From the IMG/VR virus record IMGVR_UViG_3300046475_000289: a stretch of 35,727 bases of DNA. One strand, given 5' to 3'. Position 1 is the stretch's first letter; each line of letters opens with the position of its first letter. This DNA comes from a virus. Shown here one piece after another: positions 30,766 to 35,727 of the stretch. A program made the translations under genes and the position numbers. Under the pieces are notes generated by a model that had not been told where the DNA came from, ran no database searches, and saw nothing but the letters and a program-made list of their open reading frames with translations.

Positions 30766-31910
30766 CACTTCTCGCTTTCGTCGGGGGCCACCGCGCCCAG
30801 TGGCGTGTAGTCCTGCCCCAGACCGTCGGGCAGGGGCGGTTCGTCTTCCACGCGCCGCAGCTCGTCGATGCTGTGCAGGCCGATCGTCCGGGAGATCCGG
30901 TGTGACTGGTAGCGGGTCAGGGTGTCGGTGCGCAGCATCGCGTCCACGTTGAACCGCGCCTCTTCGGTGGGAGGCCGCAGCCAGGAGAACGCGTCCTCCA
31001 GCCGGGCCAGCCACGGGCGCAGCGTCCACGTCAGCAGGTCGATGGAGTTCTGCTCGACCGTGGCGTAGGTGAGGCTGCCGCCCGTCTCCCCGCCGACCTT
31101 CTCCGGCGGCACCCCGTAGATCGCGGCGATCTGGTTCGCCGTCGCCTTGATGGTCTCCAGGAACTGGCTCTCGTTCGCGGGCACGGAGATGGCCCGGTAC
31201 TTCACGCCGTTGCCCAGCGCCACCACATCGCGGCCCTCGGCGGCCTCCTTGAACCGGGCCTTCAGGACGGCGGCCGCGTCACGGTCGACGGCCATGTCCG
31301 TCTCCAGGACGGCGCTCGGAGTCGACCCGTTGGCGAACCAGTCCCGGCCGAACTGCCCGGCCAGCAGCCCGGCCTCGGTCGTCGTCGCGAAGTACGCGAT
31401 CGGTGACAGCCCCAGGATCTGGCCGGGCACCGTGTACGCAGGGATGTGGAACAGCTGCCCGTCCTCGAGGCGCCGGCCCTTGTAGTACCAGACCGGGACC
31501 GCGGCGAGGTTGTCCTCGGGGTGCACGTCGTCCGGGTGCAGCCACTCGATCTGGCTCGGCCAGCCATCCGGCCCCCACGCGACGACCAGCCCGTAGGCGT
31601 TGCCGCGCAGGGTGAGCGACGTCATGCACCGGTGCAGCCAGTCGTAGCGCGTGCCGGTCGCGGCCGGCCGCCGGAACAGCGGGGGCACCGGAGCGCGCAG
31701 CCGGTCGTCTCCGTCCGTCCGGTAGGACTTGAGCGGCAGGGATGCCACGGAGTCCGCGAGCAGCCGTGTGGCCGCGTACACGGGCCCCAGGCGGAGCGCC
31801 CGTTCCTGGCTGCCGCCGCGCAGGACGGCCGAATCTGAGCCTGCTCCCCACACGTCCTGGTACGAGATCGCCCGCTTCAGCGCCGTGCGGCGGAAGGGCC
31901 ACCACCTCAT
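30765..31910 (-). CDS. Portal protein (HK97 family)
   Basis: 381 aa between TerL and the protease; LRLGPVYAATRLLADSVASLPL and TLRGNAY motifs. Confidence 0.85.
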   Translation of the reverse strand: MRWWPFRRTALKRAISYQDVWGAGSDSAVLRGGSQERALRLGPVYAATRLLADSVASLPLKSYRTDGDDRLRAPVPPLFRRPAATGTRYDWLHRCMTSLTLRGNAYGLVVAWGPDGWPSQIEWLHPDDVHPEDNLAAVPVWYYKGRRLEDGQLFHIPAYTVPGQILGLSPIAYFATTTEAGLLAGQFGRDWFANGSTPSAVLETDMAVDRDAAAVLKARFKEAAEGRDVVALGNGVKYRAISVPANESQFLETIKATANQIAAIYGVPPEKVGGETGGSLTYATVEQNSIDLLTWTLRPWLARLEDAFSWLRPPTEEARFNVDAMLRTDTLTRYQSHRISRTIGLHSIDELRRVEDEPPLPDGLGQDYTPLGAVAPDESEK

Positions 31911-31923
31911 GTCGTCACCCTTC

Positions 31924-33453
31924 TCACCACACGCTCAGCAGGATGTCGCCCGGCGGCTCGACCTCGGCGCCGAGCCCCCACTTCGCGAGGGTCGAGGCGA
32001 CGAGCGGGCTGATGTCGACGTTCACTCCGCGCCGGGCCCACGCCCACGCATCGCCGAGCGGCCGCTTCTGCGCGCCCGCCAGCGCCGTCGCGAGGGGCGC
32101 CTGGTCGAGGTGACTGAGGGTCTGCTCGGTGACCGCGTCGTACAACTGGCCGCAGGCCGACGCGATCTCACGCGCCTTCGGCTGGACCACCTCGACGCCC
32201 AGGCGCTGCTGCAGCTGCTCGATGACGGACCCGGCCGGGCCGCCGCCGTCGACCACCCAGCACTTCGGCTTCCACCGCTTGTGGAGTTCCTCCGCCCGCT
32301 CCAGCAGCCAGCCCGTACCGGGCCGGTGCTCGACCACCTCGACGTGCGTGCCGCCCCGCCAGGCGCCCGCCACGGCGATCGCCGCGTGCGAGCGCTCCGG
32401 GGTCATGTCGATCGCGAACGCGACCAGGCCCTCCGGTGCGGAGGCCGCGTCCGCCAGTGCCCGCCACACGTCCTCGCCGATGACCTGCCACGTGTCCGCC
32501 GTGTCCGACGGATACACGCCCACACCGAGCCGCTCACGGGAGAACAGGGTGTCGCCCAGCGTCAGCCGCTCGTTCCCCGACTTCTCCAGCGTCAGCCGGT
32601 AGCCGATCGCCGGGTTGGCTCTCAGGATCGACTCGGCGTCCGCCACGTCGTCGTGCTCCGTACAGCCCTGCCCGCACTCGTCACGGTGCTCGTTGATCGA
32701 CCACTCGAAGTAGGCGAGCGTCGGATCCGGCACGCCGGTCTCGGCCGAGGCGAGGGCCCGGCGCCGTACCCGTCCCAGCTGTACGGACTGGTGGCCGATG
32801 CCCGCGCTGCCCAGGTACCAGGTCTGCGGGTTGGCGACCGCGGCCAGCGTCGGCGCGAGGGCCGCCATGGCGTCGTCGCCGAGGATCATGTCCTCGTCGA
32901 GGATCACGCAGTCGGCGGTGAAGCCGCGGCCGGAGCCGCCGGAGCGGGCGATGAACCGCAGCTCCTGCCCGGAGTGCAGCTCGATGGCCTCGTCACCCAC
33001 GGTTTTGCGGTAGATCTTCACGCGTTTGTGCAGGTCAGGGCATGCGCGGATCAGGTTCTCGATCCGCTTGTACGCGTTCTTCGCCGTCTTGAACTCGTGG
33101 GCGGAGTGCAAGATCAGGCGCTCGCCACCGATGAACAGGCCCCAGAGTTCCCTGGCTTCGATGATCCCGCCCTTGCCGTTCTGCCTCGGCACGTTGACGC
33201 ACACCTCGGGCGCCGCCCAGTTGCCGTCCGCGCGCTCGCCCATGCCCTGATCGAGGACGTGCTGCTGCCACGGATCGAGCAGCAGCCCGGCACGGGCCGC
33301 CAGGTCGACGGCCTCCTGGCCCGCGCTCGACAGCGCCGTGCCCGGCACGGTGAACACCCGGGGGCGCTGACGGCCGTACACGGGGCCCTCAGCCACCGGC
33401 AGCGCGCTCTTGTGCAGCGGCTCGGCGCTTCTTTCGCTGCTCAGCAATGTCAT
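31924..33453 (-). CDS. terL: Terminase large subunit
   Basis: PRQNGKGG Walker A-like, VILDEDM Walker B, C-terminal nuclease region; alternative GTG start at 33396 (8-nt overlap with TerS). Confidence 0.9.
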   Translation of the reverse strand: MTLLSSERSAEPLHKSALPVAEGPVYGRQRPRVFTVPGTALSSAGQEAVDLAARAGLLLDPWQQHVLDQGMGERADGNWAAPEVCVNVPRQNGKGGIIEARELWGLFIGGERLILHSAHEFKTAKNAYKRIENLIRACPDLHKRVKIYRKTVGDEAIELHSGQELRFIARSGGSGRGFTADCVILDEDMILGDDAMAALAPTLAAVANPQTWYLGSAGIGHQSVQLGRVRRRALASAETGVPDPTLAYFEWSINEHRDECGQGCTEHDDVADAESILRANPAIGYRLTLEKSGNERLTLGDTLFSRERLGVGVYPSDTADTWQVIGEDVWRALADAASAPEGLVAFAIDMTPERSHAAIAVAGAWRGGTHVEVVEHRPGTGWLLERAEELHKRWKPKCWVVDGGGPAGSVIEQLQQRLGVEVVQPKAREIASACGQLYDAVTEQTLSHLDQAPLATALAGAQKRPLGDAWAWARRGVNVDISPLVASTLAKWGLGAEVEPPGDILLSVW

Positions 33454-33664
33454 CGACGGTGTCCCCCTTCTCCCCGACGGGGGCCAGCCGCCGCAGGTCG
33501 GCCATGATCGTGCGGAGCTTTTCGGCGACGACGGCCTTGGCGGTGGGGGCGTCCGTACCGGCCATGGCCTGCGCGAGGTCGAGGGCGACGGCCGCCATGC
33601 CGGGCGAGGTCTCGTCGGCGTGCAGGTCGTCGAGTTCGTGGGTGATCTTGTCGACGATGCTCAT
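33389..33664 (-). CDS. terS: Terminase small subunit
   Basis: ATG at 33664 preceded by CCGGAGGTGGTC; 91 aa, helical, basic C-terminus (AEQRKKRRAAAQER); directly upstream of TerL and downstream of the repeat-rich gap. Confidence 0.6.
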   Translation of the reverse strand: MSIVDKITHELDDLHADETSPGMAAVALDLAQAMAGTDAPTAKAVVAEKLRTIMADLRRLAPVGEKGDTVDDIAEQRKKRRAAAQERAAGG

Positions 33665-33680
33665 GACCACCTCCGGTCCG

Positions 33681-33789
33681 AGTCACTCAGGGTGACGCAA
33701 CTTGGAGGGTCGAACCGAGTTCGCGTGCACAAGTTGAGCAGTCACTCAGGGTGACCGCTCAACTTGGAGGCCCGAACCGAGTTCGCGCG
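33681..33789. repeat. Two direct repeats of about 47-50 bp with nested palindromes in the 229-bp gap upstream of terS (candidate cos / terminase-binding region)
   Basis: R1 33681-33727 and R2 33740-33789 share AGTCACTCAGGGTGAC..CAACTTGGAGG..CGAACCGAGTTCGCG. Each contains GTCAC-TCAGG-GTGAC. CAAGTTGAGC (33730-33739) is the inverted copy of GCTCAACTTG (33757-33766). A-tracts lie at about 33801-33820 and 33861-33865. Confidence 0.7.
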
Positions 33790-33893
33790 GAAGGATCTTT
33801 CAAAATCGCCGCGCAAAAAATCGGGCGAGAAGGGCGTTTGGGTCGCCCGGTCCGGCCCTCAAAAAGTGTCCGGGCCCGCCGGATTGATCATGC

Positions 33894-34331
33894 TCACCAT
33901 GATCGCGACGCCTGCGGCATGGCCTCGCGGGGCTGGCCGCGTCGGGCGTTGTACCAGCGCGAGGCGACCCGCTTCATCTCCGGCTGCCGCATGGCTTCGA
34001 TGCGCTGCATGACGACGTCCCGCCCGGGGTCGATGGTGACGATGCGCGCTTCGAGCCTCTTGTACTTGGCCGTGGCCTTGGGGCTGGGCTGGGTGTGGAT
34101 CAGGTACACGTCGACCTTGTCGAGGTGCTGGCATGCCTCGTCGATGGCCGCGTACCTCGCTCGGTGCACGACGGCGGTGAGTGCGGCGGTGTGGTTGTGG
34201 TGGTCGGCGCCGGGGCCGGCCATCGCGAGGGCCATCAGGTCCAGGTCGATGACGATGTCACGCGCTGTCGCGTGCGCCTTGATCCAGCTGGACTTGCCCG
34301 CGGCCGGCGGACCGGTGACCACGATCAGCAC
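33894..34331 (-). CDS. P-loop NTPase / nucleotide-kinase-like protein (145 aa)
   Basis: GTG at 34331 after AGGAGGAG; Walker A VVTGPPAAGKSS at the N-terminus, as in small kinases and AAA_33-type proteins. Confidence 0.65.
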   Translation of the reverse strand: MLIVVTGPPAAGKSSWIKAHATARDIVIDLDLMALAMAGPGADHHNHTAALTAVVHRARYAAIDEACQHLDKVDVYLIHTQPSPKATAKYKRLEARIVTIDPGRDVVMQRIEAMRQPEMKRVASRWYNARRGQPREAMPQASRSW

Positions 34332-34363
34332 GAGGTGTCACTCCTCCTGCTCCTTCGCGGCGC

Positions 34364-34495
34364 CTACGACTCGGAGCGGCCGGCCTTCATCCGTTCGATC
34401 TCTGAGCGGAGGCGGACTTGCCTAACGTCTCGGATGCCGAGTAGGGCGCGAACTCGGTAGCGGACCTGGAGCCAGAGCAATGCCATGCGGCCCAT
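34364..34495 (-). CDS. Possible Arg-rich micro-ORF (43 aa)
   Basis: ATG at 34495; MGRMALLWLQVRYRVRALLGIRDVRQVRLRSEIERMKAGRSES; about 77% third-position GC; fills the HNH to NTPase gap; weak support. Confidence 0.25.
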   Translation of the reverse strand: MGRMALLWLQVRYRVRALLGIRDVRQVRLRSEIERMKAGRSES

Positions 34496-34499
34496 GCTG

Positions 34500-34778
34500 T
34501 CACCACCTCCGGGAGGACCGCACCGTCTGGCGCGGCGGGCCAGCCCGGTTGCCCCTGCTGCTGTTGCAGCGGCGGTGCGCTGAGCGGGCGTTGGCGGGGT
34601 CGAGCAGGTCGCCGCCGCGACTGAGTGGCATGAGGTGGTCGAGGGTGAAGGCGAGCGGGTGTCGGCGGCCGTCGACGCCCTCGGGGATGTTGTGGCCGCA
34701 GATCCAGCAGGGGTGGCCCATGGCCTTCACGGTGGCGACGAGGCGGCGGTAGGGGCGCCCGTTGCGGATGCCGGCCAC
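34500..34778 (-). CDS. HNH endonuclease (terminase-associated type)
   Basis: CWICGHNI...LDHLMPLSRGGDLLDPANARSAHRRCNSSRG: CxxC plus H-N-H motif; sits next to the terminase genes. Confidence 0.85.
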   Translation of the reverse strand: MAGIRNGRPYRRLVATVKAMGHPCWICGHNIPEGVDGRRHPLAFTLDHLMPLSRGGDLLDPANARSAHRRCNSSRGNRAGPPRQTVRSSRRW

Positions 34779-34796
34779 GGGCGCCTCCTGCTCTGT

Positions 34797-35087
34797 CTAC
34801 GCGTCGCCGAGGACCTCGTCGCGCGCGGCCTGGGCCCTGCGGTTGAGCGCGCCGGTCATCCGGAACAGGGCGACGGTGAGGGCGAGGAAACCGACGACGA
34901 GGAGCGTCTGTGTGATGACGCTGAGGATGTGGACGTGCTGGGTGGCGAAGGCGATGACCAGCAGGATGAAGGTGCCGGTGGCCCAGGCGAACCAGATCCG
35001 GAGTTTCTCGACGCGGACGGCTGTCTGTACGGCGCGGTAGTCGCGCATGGTCCCCCCAAGGACGCTCGACGGCTGAGTGGGCATCAT
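34797..35087 (-). CDS. Small membrane protein with two TM helices (83-96 aa; start at 35087 or 35048)
   Basis: WFAWATGTFILLVIAFA and LLVVGFLALTVALF hydrophobic segments. Confidence 0.6.
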   Translation of the reverse strand: MMPTQPSSVLGGTMRDYRAVQTAVRVEKLRIWFAWATGTFILLVIAFATQHVHILSVITQTLLVVGFLALTVALFRMTGALNRRAQAARDEVLGDA

Positions 35088-35225
35088 GCGCCGTCGGGGG
35101 GCGTTGCGGTGGCCGTATGGCCGTCCCGTGACCCGGGTGAGTGAAGGTCCGCAGCCTGGGCCCCGTGCTCACCACGGCCCGTGTCAGTGCATGGTGAGCG
35201 GTCCCCCCAGGCGGCGGACGCTGAG

Positions 35226-35298
35226 CACGACGAAGCCCCAGCCGGGGGACGGTGGCTGAGGCTTCGTCGTGAGTGCTGTGATGCCCGTGTGCGGGCAT
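35226..35298 (-). other. Two stable hairpins in a 250-bp apparently non-coding region
   Basis: cacgacgaagcc (35226-35237) pairs with ggcttcgtcgtg (35260-35271), 12-bp stem with inner cagcc/ggctg pairing; atgcccg (35281-35287) pairs with cgggcat (35292-35298), loop tgtg. Confidence 0.5.
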
Positions 35299-35338
35299 GG
35301 CTGTACACGCAGATCGTGACACTGCGTTGACCTGCGGG

Positions 35339-35539
35339 TCAAGCGGACTGGGGCGAGGCGCGCCGGGCGACGAGAGCGGCGACGTCCTGCACGGCGTACC
35401 AGGGCTGTCGCTCGGTGCCGCCGGAGCGGGAGAGCTGGCCTCGCTGGACGAGCTTGCGGACGGCCGGGAGGCCGACGCCGAGGGTGCGGGCGGTCTGGTG
35501 GGCGGTGAGGTGGCCGGGCCGGATGAGCTGTGACTCCAT
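35339..35539 (-). CDS. Excisionase-type HTH (HTH_17-like) DNA-binding protein (66 aa)
   Basis: LTAHQTARTLGVGLPAVRKLVQRGQLSRSGGTERQPWYAVQDVAALV fits the HTH_17 pattern. Confidence 0.65.
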   Translation of the reverse strand: MESQLIRPGHLTAHQTARTLGVGLPAVRKLVQRGQLSRSGGTERQPWYAVQDVAALVARRASPQSA

Positions 35540-35552
35540 GCCCCCATGATGT

Positions 35553-35727
35553 CTACGGCCGCCACTCCTCGCGGTATCCGGGCCTGTCCGCGTAGGGCAT
35601 GGCGAGCAGGCGCATCACGTCTTCCAGCGCGCCTTGCTCGACGCGGGCCGCCCGTCGGTTCTCCGCGCTCACTGGGTTCCTTACCTGTGCTCGGACGTCT
35701 TCGTGTTGGCGCAGTACGCGGCGCTTC
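35553..35727 (-). CDS. C-terminal part of the DUF6221-like gene that starts at 330 (35637-35727 duplicates 1-91)
   Basis: In-frame continuation QGALEDVMRLLAMPYADRPGYREEWRP, stop TAG at 35553-35555; 84 unique nt + 330 nt = 414 nt (137 aa). Confidence 0.7.
   Translation of the reverse strand, partial: KRRVLRQHEDVRAQVRNPVSAENRRAARVEQGALEDVMRLLAMPYADRPGYREEWRP
35637..35727. repeat. 91-bp terminal overlap, identical to 1-91
   Basis: Direct comparison of both ends. Confidence 0.97.

Larger units (their letters stand above)
1..35727. mobile_element. Complete temperate siphovirus-type actinophage (or excised prophage) genome, circularly closed within the window; unit length about 35,636 bp
   Basis: Full HK97-type morphogenesis module (HNH, TerS, TerL, portal, protease, capsid, tail, tape measure), lysis cassette, serine integrase, repressor-like gene and replication genes; 91-bp identical window ends with ORF continuity across the junction. 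Confidence 0.85.

Noticed and set aside
35084-35308. 74-aa ORF in the gap between the HTH gene and the membrane-protein gene
   Set aside because: Third-position GC is only about 69% by hand count, the composition is implausible, and the region is dominated by hairpins. Treated as non-coding.
34387-35565. 392-aa minus-strand ORF spanning the HNH, membrane-protein and HTH genes
   Set aside because: It is an off-frame Pro/Arg/Ser-rich translation. Three shorter ORFs in other frames carry real motifs (HNH, TM helices, HTH).
1-35727. Search for CRISPR arrays, tRNA or rRNA genes
   Set aside because: No regularly spaced repeat-spacer structure and no cloverleaf-like tRNA candidates were seen. The only repeat clusters are the CGAAAC array (417-503), the CTAG repeats (16498-16521) and the cos-like repeats (33681-33789). 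A dedicated tRNA scan was not run.

Overview
High-GC (roughly 70%) actinobacterial, Streptomyces-like temperate siphovirus genome that appears complete. The last 91 bp (35637-35727) are identical to the first 91 bp, and a DUF6221-like ORF reads in frame across that junction. The unit genome is therefore about 35,636 bp, circular or circularly assembled. All genes but two are on the minus strand. Minus-strand order from 35727 downwards: HTH protein, membrane protein, HNH endonuclease, P-loop NTPase, a 229-bp repeat-rich cos-like gap, TerS, TerL, portal, prohead protease, HK97-type capsid, connectors, major tail protein, G/G-T chaperone with a CCCAAAA -1 slippery site, tape measure, tail tip and fibre genes, amidase endolysin with holin-like proteins, and a strong bidirectional terminator. 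Next comes an accessory island next to a candidate attP: a plus-strand 78-aa GntR-type wHTH protein, a CTAG-rich operator-like repeat, and three translationally coupled Cys/His-rich micro-ORFs that the 60-aa ORF track misses or misphases. After that: a large serine integrase, a low-GC plus-strand XRE repressor-like gene divergent from an excisionase-type HTH gene, early genes, Toprim primase plus a DUF3987-like protein, an AT-rich nested-palindrome island, SSB, a run of small coupled ORFs and membrane proteins, and a TraB/FtsK-like translocase followed immediately by a dense CGAAAC(C) repeat array. The most interesting hypothesis is that this tailed phage carries a Streptomyces plasmid/AICE-style DNA-translocation module: a TraB-like motor, Spd-like membrane proteins, a clt-like repeat array and a Kor-like GntR regulator. 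No tRNA, rRNA or CRISPR array was seen. Many ORF-track N-termini are over-extended; I trimmed them using RBS motifs and 1-4 nt stop/start overlaps (GTGA, ATGA, TGATG). All family names come from motif recognition by eye; no database search was run.
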